DNA of 64,000 nt, from positions 88,148 through 152,147 of IMG/VR virus record IMGVR_UViG_3300045771_000049; one strand, written 5' to 3'. A program made the position numbers and the translations under genes. The stretch's first letter is position 1, and every line of letters starts with the position of its first letter. The notes below the pieces were generated by a model. That model did not search any database. It saw nothing but the letters and a program-made list of their open reading frames with translations, and was not told the origin of the DNA. Shown piece after piece: positions 42,287 through 51,254 of the stretch. The DNA is from a virus (Duplodnaviria > Caudoviricetes).

Positions 42287-43435
42287 TCATCCAAACCGGT
42301 GAATCCAATGTTGTTCTGTAATCTTACAATAGGTCTTCAATTCGTGCGATTGCTTCTCTAACCAATCTAGATGATCCCCCGGCCGCTGATTGTTCGCCAT
42401 CATCAAACGCCCAACAATCGACTCGCTGTCGTTCGGATCAGCATGGAACTGATGCGAAAGAAAGGGCACTTGTGCCGACGTGATCACGGGAACCCGCATC
42501 CAAATGGCATCCGCCGAAACAATGTTGAATGTCTCTGAAAAGGAACATTGCAGCGAATAGTTCATCGTCCGCATCAAATCGAGAAACGTAAACTGGGTCT
42601 CGTCTTCGGCCCCCCACGACGCCAAACGTGGAATCCAAGGGTGTTCGACCAGCACGGCGCGTCTGGTATGGGAGAACATCTCTCGCAGGTTTTTAACGAT
42701 GGGGGCGCCATAGCCCTCGACCCGAGAGCTATTGACGTGAAACTCCAATTTACGCCCTACCTTACCGGCAAACTTGATCGCCGCCACAGCCTGCGTTAAA
42801 TGGTTCTTGAGCGGACGTATGGCACCAAAACAACCGATCTTCACCGTGTCATTCGCCACCCAGGGCGTAGCACTCTTGCTGGTGGAGGGTTCGATCGGAT
42901 AGAAGTTCGGCGCGTAACTGACAAGTTGTTCCAACCCAGCGCCATATGCATGAGCGATGGTTTTCACATCGTCCACAGCGCGCGGCGAGTTGTTCATAAT
43001 CTCAACGCCACGCGACAAATAACCATATATCCAATCCATCGACATGCCCTCGTTCGCCAGGAATGCCATTTCAGAATGATTGCGTACCGCCCAGTTGACG
43101 CGCGGATGTAACTTCTGAAGGATATCGAGTTTGGAGGGAACAACCCAGAACGCTTCAATGATGACCAGTGTGGGCTGATATTCGGTGACGGCTTTGTCGA
43201 TACAGTTATTATCGACCAGTTGCATCATTTTAGCTTGTATGTTATTGTGGCGTAACATATGAACGATGAATGAGACCGAGTTCTTCAAGCCACTCGATAA
43301 GTCACTCCCACTGCCCCAATTCGCCTCACGGTATTTGAGTAGAAATAATAATCTCGGCGACATAAAATACACCCATATTGGTTGGCTGATAAAACGATCA
43401 GCAATATGGGTGTATCTATCGGGGATTAGTCCCAC
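42287..43435 (-). CDS. glycosyltransferase (GT-B-like)
   Basis: IGCFGAIRPLKN and SFSETFNIVSADA..VPVITS motifs; start probably MSPRLL. Confidence 0.75.
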   Translation of the reverse strand: MGLIPDRYTHIADRFISQPIWVYFMSPRLLFLLKYREANWGSGSDLSSGLKNSVSFIVHMLRHNNIQAKMMQLVDNNCIDKAVTEYQPTLVIIEAFWVVPSKLDILQKLHPRVNWAVRNHSEMAFLANEGMSMDWIYGYLSRGVEIMNNSPRAVDDVKTIAHAYGAGLEQLVSYAPNFYPIEPSTSKSATPWVANDTVKIGCFGAIRPLKNHLTQAVAAIKFAGKVGRKLEFHVNSSRVEGYGAPIVKNLREMFSHTRRAVLVEHPWIPRLASWGAEDETQFTFLDLMRTMNYSLQCSFSETFNIVSADAIWMRVPVITSAQVPFLSHQFHADPNDSESIVGRLMMANNQRPGDHLDWLEKQSHELKTYCKITEQHWIHRFG

Positions 43436-45033
43436 CGATCCAGTGTATATTCAAACATCGTGCCACCGGACGCCACCCGGATCGAAACCGGCACCTTCGT
43501 GGCGCTATCGAAACTCATTCCGCAAGCAGTGGCGTTGTCGATGCCACTGATGGTCAGCGTCTGTGAATAGGCTTCGATCGTCGCCCGGATCGCATGAAAC
43601 TCGCTTTTCAGCAGGGATGGAAACAGACATCCGCCAGCGCCCTTGTAGCGGGTGTCTTTGGCGCCGTGCAAGATCAGGCCCATACCTTCGCTAAATTGCT
43701 CCATGCGGTTCTCATACCATTCCGGCGGACGCCGAATGACCGCATCAACCGGGCACCACGTGTGCGGAATCAAATTCCAATCCCTGGCGGTGGTCAGCGC
43801 CGCATACAAGTACCACGAGACTGGATTGCGCCGATCGGGGTGATCCCATTGGAAAATGGGCGGCGCATCGAAATTGGCCGCCGTGACATAAGCCGTCCAG
43901 TTTCCGGCTTGGTGCGGAACCAACACCTCAATCGTTTCCGCTGTCGGCAGCACGGTGCGAATAAACTTCGTGCAGGTTATCGGGGTGCTGCCGACTTGCA
44001 GATTGATCCGCTTTGCTGCACCTTTTGGTTTGAGATTGCCAAAAATACCTTTGCCGGTCGGCCGTGTCACCGGCGGCGGCACCCATAGTGTTTCCAGATC
44101 AGCGAGCGTCGCATAGCGCCGTTGCAGCGCTCCGGCCGCGCCCAGAGTTTCGATGATCTTTTCCGCCTGTGTGATGTTGCCAGCGCTCGGCAGCGCTTGG
44201 GGCCGGGCATAGCGCAGCGGATGCATTTTCGCATCGAACCGGGTCTTGACGGTCTCGAACACCATGCCGCTGGCGATATCCTCCAACAAGGTGCCGATCA
44301 TCGAGCTACGCGGATGACAGAAGCCCGCCGGAGCAGTCGCCACCGCCCGCCAAAGCAGATTATCCTGCTGGCGCCGCCCGCTATAGGATTGCCGCGCGTT
44401 CAACAGCGCTTGCAGCCATTTCGCCACGCCCAGCAGCTTATCCGATTGATATAGCGTCTCCGCTTCCAGTAGCTTGACCGCCGTGGTCACCACACTCATC
44501 GGCAATTCATGCAGCGCAGTCACCATGATCCGGTAATCTTCGCGCTTCTCGGCCATCTTCTGGGCCGCACTCAGGATCGGCTTTTTGTAGATCATGGCAG
44601 CCGGTGGGGTGACTGCGAGATGGGTCCAGACGCCGGTCCTCGGCTGTCCCCAGACGTTCGCTTCGGACAGAAATACACCGTTGACCGGTGCACTCGCCAC
44701 TGCCTCCCGCAAGGCCGCGATGACAGGCACATGCGGGGACGGAATATAACCATCACTCCAGAGCAGCGGTTTGGCGATGCCGTGATCATCGATCGTGACC
44801 AGCCCACCATAGTTTCTGATGAAATGTTCGCAAGCCCGGCAACGATAGGTCTGGCGCACCGAGAGCGGATACTGACTAAGATAAAGCTCGTACAAATCGC
44901 CATGTGTTGTCGTATAGACCGGCACGCCGGACACCACGCGGTCACGAAAATGGTGTCGGAATTCGTCAAGAAAGTCGGCATATTCGCGGTCATTGAAGCC
45001 GGGTGTTTGCGATGCTACGGTTTGAGAGTTCAT
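43426..45033 (-). CDS. conserved phage hypothetical protein
   Basis: CxxC near the N-terminus; SSMIGTLL, PLRYARP, NPVSWYLY motifs. Confidence 0.8.
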   Translation of the reverse strand: MNSQTVASQTPGFNDREYADFLDEFRHHFRDRVVSGVPVYTTTHGDLYELYLSQYPLSVRQTYRCRACEHFIRNYGGLVTIDDHGIAKPLLWSDGYIPSPHVPVIAALREAVASAPVNGVFLSEANVWGQPRTGVWTHLAVTPPAAMIYKKPILSAAQKMAEKREDYRIMVTALHELPMSVVTTAVKLLEAETLYQSDKLLGVAKWLQALLNARQSYSGRRQQDNLLWRAVATAPAGFCHPRSSMIGTLLEDIASGMVFETVKTRFDAKMHPLRYARPQALPSAGNITQAEKIIETLGAAGALQRRYATLADLETLWVPPPVTRPTGKGIFGNLKPKGAAKRINLQVGSTPITCTKFIRTVLPTAETIEVLVPHQAGNWTAYVTAANFDAPPIFQWDHPDRRNPVSWYLYAALTTARDWNLIPHTWCPVDAVIRRPPEWYENRMEQFSEGMGLILHGAKDTRYKGAGGCLFPSLLKSEFHAIRATIEAYSQTLTISGIDNATACGMSFDSATKVPVSIRVASGGTMFEYTLDRWD

Positions 45034-45107
45034 TTGATTTCCCCAATGATCTGGAAGAATCTGCTGGTTACGATAAAACTTGCAACCGAATTGTGCGACA
45101 GCAACGA

Positions 45108-45374
45108 TTAAATTAATTTGCCGTGTTCTAACTTGGCGAGACGTTCCCGCTCGATCGGGCTGCCCTGGCCCACCAAGGTGTCATAATCCAAGCCGATATC
45201 ACTGGCCAGCAGGCGATAGAACGCCAGTTCATCGGCCGGGACGTAGTCGTCATCCGGGTGGATCAGAAACGACGGATCGGCGAGTAGTTCTTCGATGAGG
45301 GTGCGAAAACACGCACGGGCAAATCCAAGGATGCGCATTTCACGATCTTTGTTGGCATAAAACTCTTCTGCCAT
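45108..45374 (-). CDS. hypothetical protein
   Basis: GGAG upstream of ATG. Confidence 0.6.
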   Translation of the reverse strand: MAEEFYANKDREMRILGFARACFRTLIEELLADPSFLIHPDDDYVPADELAFYRLLASDIGLDYDTLVGQGSPIERERLAKLEHGKLI

Positions 45375-45464
45375 TTTGGCTCCGATCTCTGTTTACACTT
45401 GTGGATCTAGTCAATTCATCTCGCCGCTTCAAGTCAAACGAAGTGATATTTAATTCGATGTTTT

Positions 45465-46064
45465 TTGGCGAAGCTAAATCAAATCATGAAAGTATCTCTG
45501 TTTATCGTCAGCCTCGCTGGCGTCATGGCAACGCACGCACTGCTTGCGCGCAATGCCATACCCAATCCGGCAACCGAAGCCAGCGTATCCGCCTGTTTTG
45601 TTCCCGCGCAGGACTGTGTGGATCGGGTGGTGGCGGGTATCGCCTCTGCCAAGACCTCGATCCATGTGCAGGCCTATGGTTTTACCTCACCGCCGATCTT
45701 GCAGGCCCTGGTACAAGCCAAGCAACGCGGGGTCGAGGTCATGGCGATCCTCGATAAAACCAATGTTGCTAAGCGGTCACGTTATTCTGGCGCCACCTTC
45801 GTCATCAATGGCGGCATCCCCGTGTGGATCGATAGCACGGTCGCAATTGCGCATAACAAAATCGTCATAATCGATAATCATCTGGTGATCGGCGGCTCGT
45901 ATAATTATACGCCGAGCGCGGAGAAGCGAAACGCCGAAAACGTGACATTTATCGAGTCGCCAGTCAACGCCGCCTTGTTTGAGCAAAATTGGGAGTCACG
46001 AAAAGCGGTTTCGACGCCCTATGCGGCGTCAATCCCAGATAATGCCCCACCCGCACCGGAGTAA
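45465..46064 (+). CDS. phospholipase D-family (Nuc-like) nuclease with signal peptide
   Basis: HNKIVIID..GGSYN..AEKRNAEN single HKD motif; hydrophobic N-terminus. Confidence 0.9.
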   Translation: MAKLNQIMKVSLFIVSLAGVMATHALLARNAIPNPATEASVSACFVPAQDCVDRVVAGIASAKTSIHVQAYGFTSPPILQALVQAKQRGVEVMAILDKTNVAKRSRYSGATFVINGGIPVWIDSTVAIAHNKIVIIDNHLVIGGSYNYTPSAEKRNAENVTFIESPVNAALFEQNWESRKAVSTPYAASIPDNAPPAPE

Positions 46065-46068
46065 AGTT

Positions 46069-47061
46069 TTGGTTCATACAATTGTAGAAACACGGTTTGG
46101 TAGTGTGCTCTACGGCACTTCCACACCCGCGTCTGACGAAGATTTCAAGAGCGTGTTTTTACCGGACGCCGAAGAAATTCTGCTGCAACGGATCAAGACC
46201 ACGCTGAGCAATCGCCGCGCTAAGGCTGAATCTGAAAAGAACGTCGCGGGTGAGGAAGATCGCGAATCGTTTGCCTTTCATCGGTATCTCTCATTGCTGG
46301 CCGAGGGACAGACCTTGGCGCTCGACATGTTGTTTGCACCCAGGTGGGCGATGCTCAATGAGCCTGATCCGATCTGGTGCGAGCTTGTCGCCAATCGGCA
46401 TCGGGTGATCAGTCGGTCGGCTGCCAGTTTCGTCGGGTATTGCCGGACCCAGGCGGCGAAATATGGGATCAAGGGATCACGGGTGCATGCCGTGCGCGAG
46501 ATCGTGGCGTGGTTTGATCAGGCGATCGATCAGCATGGCCATTTAACGCGGCTACGCGACGCCCTGGAAGGCCTGCCAGAGTTCATCGTCGATCAAAAGC
46601 TGGAACACACAGCGCTGATCGAGATCGACCATCCCGGACGTGCTGCGGGGCCGGTGCTGCATTTGGAATGCTGCGATCGCAAGGTGCCGGTGACCAATAC
46701 GCTAAAGGATTGTCGGGCAGTGTTCGGTCGGGTGTTTGATCAATATGGCCTGCGATCCTTGCAGGCTGAGCGACAGGAGAATATCGATTGGAAAGCACTG
46801 TCGCATGCGGTGCGGGTCGGGAATGAGGCGATCGAATTGCTGACCACTGGTTTCATCACCTTTCCGCTGCCAAATGCCGCCCACGTGCTGGCCATCAAAC
46901 GCGGCGAACGTCCGTACCAAGAGGTGGGTCAAGAGATTGAAGAGTTATTAGAGCGTGTCGAGGCAAGTCAGCTTATCTCAGGACTGCGGGAGACGGCCGA
47001 CACGGCGTTTATGGATGAACTCACCATCCGAGCGTATCATCGGGCTGTGTGTGGTTCCTAA
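46069..47061 (+). CDS. DNA polymerase beta-superfamily nucleotidyltransferase (RlaP-like)
   Basis: FGSVLYGT..SDEDF, DWKALSHAVR, IKRG motifs; start uncertain. Confidence 0.82.
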   Translation: MVHTIVETRFGSVLYGTSTPASDEDFKSVFLPDAEEILLQRIKTTLSNRRAKAESEKNVAGEEDRESFAFHRYLSLLAEGQTLALDMLFAPRWAMLNEPDPIWCELVANRHRVISRSAASFVGYCRTQAAKYGIKGSRVHAVREIVAWFDQAIDQHGHLTRLRDALEGLPEFIVDQKLEHTALIEIDHPGRAAGPVLHLECCDRKVPVTNTLKDCRAVFGRVFDQYGLRSLQAERQENIDWKALSHAVRVGNEAIELLTTGFITFPLPNAAHVLAIKRGERPYQEVGQEIEELLERVEASQLISGLRETADTAFMDELTIRAYHRAVCGS

Positions 47062-47104
47062 GGGGATACACGGTGCCGGTTTGGGACCGGCACCGGTTCA
47101 TGAT

Positions 47105-48091
47105 TCACTCGTCCGGATTGACGGTTTTCCAGATCGTCGGCGAGGCGTCTTCGACGGCCTGCACCAGCCGATCGGCTTTGCCGCTGGGCCGGATCGCTTT
47201 CAGCCAATCGGATCGCACGACCAGGACGGCATCAACCGTGGGCACACTCACGCTGCTCGATTGCATGATATTTTCATAGAGGCCGGGATTGCCGCCGCTG
47301 GGTTCCTTCCGATCGATTTCCTTCCATTCGTACATGGGTTTGCCGTTCAAACCTTTGATCGATTTCATATCCCGATCATTGACATCCAGCAGCATCATCG
47401 AGGGTTGATGGTCTTTGGTGTTGACCGACATCATATTCGCGATTTTCATGCTGGCCGCATTCACGCCACTGACCCACAGGACGCAGGTGTCCTTGGAGTC
47501 CTTGACTTTTGTCAACGATTCTCGATCAACCGGATCGGGCAACCGCCCGACTTTCTCGTAAAGCGAATCATCGGCCTGCCGCAGGATACGCCATGTCTCT
47601 GCACTGCCTGTGCCGTTCGGCCCGACGATCAGATTGCCCTGCGCCTTGCCCAGATGATTGACCCGTGTCCATCCGGCGACCACGGGGCAGAGAATGTGCA
47701 CGTATTCGGTGTAGACCACTTTCCACGCCTCGATCGCGCCCAGCGAGGCGGGCTGTTCCAGGGCGAATTGCGAGAACACATCTGATTGCGAAAAGGCGAT
47801 GGTGCAGGTCCCGTCCATCAGGTCGCGCAGGTTGGTGAGTGATCCATCGGTATTGACTTCTTTGCCGCCGCCCACGCGACTCAAAATCTCCATCCCGGCG
47901 AAATGGTAATTACCGGATGGCGAGCCGGTACACAACCGCAGATGATTGGCGCCCATATCTTTATCAGCACCAGATGGTGCTTGGTCGGTGGTTTGCGCCA
48001 TCGCTGGCAGAGCCAGCAGCGCGCCGCCCAGAGCTAGTGCCAAACCCCATACGCGTTTCATTTGAGACCCTCCATGTGGTAACAAGATCAT
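47105..48091 (-). CDS. TAXI-type TRAP solute-binding-like protein
   Basis: Signal peptide; TGSPSGNY, TDGSLTNL, AFSQSD, YTEYVHI, GTGS motifs. Confidence 0.75.
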   Translation of the reverse strand: MILLPHGGSQMKRVWGLALALGGALLALPAMAQTTDQAPSGADKDMGANHLRLCTGSPSGNYHFAGMEILSRVGGGKEVNTDGSLTNLRDLMDGTCTIAFSQSDVFSQFALEQPASLGAIEAWKVVYTEYVHILCPVVAGWTRVNHLGKAQGNLIVGPNGTGSAETWRILRQADDSLYEKVGRLPDPVDRESLTKVKDSKDTCVLWVSGVNAASMKIANMMSVNTKDHQPSMMLLDVNDRDMKSIKGLNGKPMYEWKEIDRKEPSGGNPGLYENIMQSSSVSVPTVDAVLVVRSDWLKAIRPSGKADRLVQAVEDASPTIWKTVNPDE

Positions 48092-48128
48092 GCACTCGAC
48101 GCAGGGTTTATCCCGACCAGGGTGGTGT

Positions 48129-49316
48129 CTACAACACCTGCTTGACCGAGATCACCTTCGACGCGGCGACTCGGAACTCCGACTCGCCGTAGAGATATTG
48201 GTCGCTTTTTTCAAGTTGAACCTCGCACGCTAGCACACCGATATCGGCAATGTCTTGCTTGACCAAAAGCTCGATTGTTTTTTCGGGCGAGACCATCACC
48301 GGATCACTGCGCAGTTTGGTATGGGCCAACCAATATCGGTATAACAACGCTACCCGTTTCGGATCGGCGTTTCGCTTGGGGATTTCACCACCGGTCAGAT
48401 GCGACCAGGATTTGGTCACCTCGGCCTCGATCCCCTCAGTGCGCGCCCAGCCCAAAATCTGAGTACCGGTCAACTGGCCGTGAGCAATCATCCACATCTC
48501 TTTCAAGGTGCGCATGATATTGCGGGCCAGTTCGAGATCATGCGTAAACGAAATCAGGTTTTGATGACCCAGATTGCCAAGGCCCCGCCGTCCGTCCGGT
48601 AACTCAGGACTAAACCCATTTTGTACCAGATCGCGGACATACGCCGTGGCATGATACAGGGTCTCCGTTGCGCCATGTTCGGGACGATATTCTTTGCCCC
48701 AGGATGCGGAAGCACGGATGTCTGTCAGGACTTGCATCTTGGCCTTGAGGTCAGCTTGCAGCGCATCGATGGCAACCAGTGCACCAGCATAAACCCGAAA
48801 GGCTTGCAGTAATTTTTTGGCGGCGGCGTATTCCGGGTCGGCTTCATGTTCCTCATTGCCGGGTTCCCACCCGTACTCCAAGAAGCCTGCCTCGGCCTGT
48901 GGCAAGAGGGTTAGCGCACGCTTAGTATCATCATCTATTGGCCGAATATACTCCAAGGCAGCCAACACGTATTTGATGAATTCCGGCCCATATTGGACAT
49001 AATTTTCTAGACTAGAGCGCAGATCATCTAGTCGATAACGCTCAATCAGATTCGTATGCTCTAAATTATACAGGCTGTGAACTAGGTCTCTGGCTTCTTC
49101 ATCATCGGCATGGCCGTAGCGCACGCCCTGCTGAAGCATACTCGCCCCATCGACGGCATTGTCCTTGATCACCGCCCGCGCACCGTTCAAGCGATCGATC
49201 AGCACGGTCAAGGTCTTGATACGATTTCGCAGATAGGTTGGGAGTTGATACGGCCGGTTGACAATGGCTTCATTGACAGCCGCGTAGTTGATAAGCTGTC
49301 GCATTGTCTGCATCAT
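48129..49316 (-). CDS. ADP-ribosyltransferase-fold protein, putative internal head protein
   Basis: C-terminal LYHAT..GLG..ISFT..A..GESEFRV; N-terminus MRQLINYAAVNE; TAAATA at 49340-49335. Confidence 0.65.
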   Translation of the reverse strand: MMQTMRQLINYAAVNEAIVNRPYQLPTYLRNRIKTLTVLIDRLNGARAVIKDNAVDGASMLQQGVRYGHADDEEARDLVHSLYNLEHTNLIERYRLDDLRSSLENYVQYGPEFIKYVLAALEYIRPIDDDTKRALTLLPQAEAGFLEYGWEPGNEEHEADPEYAAAKKLLQAFRVYAGALVAIDALQADLKAKMQVLTDIRASASWGKEYRPEHGATETLYHATAYVRDLVQNGFSPELPDGRRGLGNLGHQNLISFTHDLELARNIMRTLKEMWMIAHGQLTGTQILGWARTEGIEAEVTKSWSHLTGGEIPKRNADPKRVALLYRYWLAHTKLRSDPVMVSPEKTIELLVKQDIADIGVLACEVQLEKSDQYLYGESEFRVAASKVISVKQVL

Positions 49317-49423
49317 GGACTCCTGACCTCGCCATATTTACCCGATGGTGGCGCAACGAACAACAGGGATTGTCAACAGTCCCAGACAAATAACTGACTT
49401 GGATCGGAAATCAAGCGGTATTT

Positions 49424-49684
49424 TTAGAAACCGGGCGGGCCACCCATGCCCCCAGCGGCCGGATCGGCGGGCGCGTACATGATGGTCAGCAGGTCTTCCC
49501 GCTTGAGTTTTTCGAGTTTGCGCAGCGCCCGCACCTTTTTCAGCCGATTTAAATGTTTGAGGGTCAGCACTGGCTTGCGCGTCTGATTAGGGGTGCGCAC
49601 ACCCACCTTATCCTCGGCCGGATCATAATAGGCCGCGTTTAGATCGTTCTGATCAAGTTCAAGTATTTTCATTCCAAAAACCAT
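49424..49684 (-). CDS. small conserved head-region protein
   Basis: MKILEL..TRKPVLTLKHLNRLKK..MY; TAAATA at 49710-49705. Confidence 0.65.
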   Translation of the reverse strand: MVFGMKILELDQNDLNAAYYDPAEDKVGVRTPNQTRKPVLTLKHLNRLKKVRALRKLEKLKREDLLTIMYAPADPAAGGMGGPPGF

Positions 49685-49703
49685 TCTCTATGCGATTTTA
49701 CGG

Positions 49704-49946
49704 TTATTTAGGGGTTTCGACCTCGCCACTGACCGCGCCGAACTCAGCCTTTTCCGTCATTGGGAACATCTCCTTGTAAATAGCCGGTTCAAGAACCGCA
49801 ATCGCTTGACGCAGCGCGACCGACAGCCGATCGCAGCAAGGCATATTAGCGGACCCCGCCGCGTCGGCGGACTGGCGCCAGAATGCGCAGATGATTTGAG
49901 CATTGGTCAGATTCTGCATTGTCGGCACAAGCCAAATACGAAACAT
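49704..49946 (-). CDS. hypothetical protein
   Basis: 80-aa ORF. Confidence 0.4.
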   Translation of the reverse strand: MFRIWLVPTMQNLTNAQIICAFWRQSADAAGSANMPCCDRLSVALRQAIAVLEPAIYKEMFPMTEKAEFGAVSGEVETPK

Positions 49947-50125
49947 TCACAAATTCTTTCTTTGCTGGTGGTTATTCAGCCAATTTGGGCGTGCGATTGT
50001 CGAAATACCAGCTATTTCAAGATTTCAGCAATGTTTTGCATCACTAATAATCCCTGCAATAAGACCAGAGGTAAATATCTGTGGTGTGAACAGCATCATA
50101 GGTAGCAACCTTTGGGAGAACGACA

Positions 50126-51235
50126 TTGAGAAGTTTACTGGAACGGGCGATCGTTCATCTATTGAACGGTGACGAGGGTAAGGCGAGTGCGCTGTTGCAC
50201 AAGTTTATGGTGGAACGGGCACGTCAGATTCATGAATCCCTGCGGCAGAACGACGATGTCGATCTCACCGAGAATTGGGACCAGGAAATCAGGCTCGAAG
50301 AATATTTCGATGATGCTGACGTAAACGACGATCCGTCCGCCGATCCGACTGATGAACCGGTCGATGATGGCGCCCCTGAAATGGCCGACGATGCGCCAGA
50401 TATGGGGGATGCTGAGGGGGTGGATAGCGGCGACGGCCTGGACGATCAGGTCGATGACGGTGGTCTGGATGACATGGACGGCGACGCGGACGGCCTGGAT
50501 GGCGAAGACGGCTCCGTGGAAGACAAGATCGATACCCTGAGCGGTAAGATTGACGATTTCATGGCCGAGTTCGATCGCGTCATGGCGGAATTCTCCGACG
50601 AAGAAGGGATCGACGATCCTGTTACCGATGATGGCGGCCTCGAAGACGACGGTGCGGGCGGCGATGATGCGTTCGGCGGCGATGAAGACCTCGACAATGG
50701 CGACGCACAAACAGACAACAAGGCGCTCGCAGGCCGTATGGAGACCGATGTCGCCGACCCTGACGAGGACAATCCCGAGGATGAAATTCCGGAAGACGCC
50801 GAGATGGGGATGGGCAGTGATGACGCCGATCTAGACGATATCACCGAATCGGTGCTGGCAGAACTTGACAAGGTGGCCGCACCAGCCAACACCGATGGAC
50901 GGCAGAGTGACGGCAAGTCATTCAGCCAGAATAAAAGTTCGGTCATTCGTGGCAACAACAACGTCATGGACCGCAAAGGCGGCGAACCGGTGATGACCAA
51001 GGCGAAGAACCCGGCGCGTGGTTATGCCCGTGAAACCCCGCCATCCTCGACCAGGAACAACTCTGGCAGCAATAGCAAAGTGCGCAAGGGCAATGTTCGC
51101 GACCATTGGGAAGAGACGATGGAAAAAGTGCCAGCCGAAGGACCATCCGGCGCGCTGCTGAATACCGACTTCGCGTCCGGCCACAAGAAAGCCGACTCGA
51201 TCATCCCAGGCAAGAAGGATAACTCCAAACTGTAA
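50126..51235 (+). CDS. acidic prohead core/scaffold-type protein
   Basis: Very Asp/Glu-rich; upstream of protease-scaffold-capsid genes; TAAATA at 50072-50077. Confidence 0.7.
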   Translation: MRSLLERAIVHLLNGDEGKASALLHKFMVERARQIHESLRQNDDVDLTENWDQEIRLEEYFDDADVNDDPSADPTDEPVDDGAPEMADDAPDMGDAEGVDSGDGLDDQVDDGGLDDMDGDADGLDGEDGSVEDKIDTLSGKIDDFMAEFDRVMAEFSDEEGIDDPVTDDGGLEDDGAGGDDAFGGDEDLDNGDAQTDNKALAGRMETDVADPDEDNPEDEIPEDAEMGMGSDDADLDDITESVLAELDKVAAPANTDGRQSDGKSFSQNKSSVIRGNNNVMDRKGGEPVMTKAKNPARGYARETPPSSTRNNSGSNSKVRKGNVRDHWEETMEKVPAEGPSGALLNTDFASGHKKADSIIPGKKDNSKL

Positions 51236-51254
51236 TGGGAACGGGTTGAGATTG

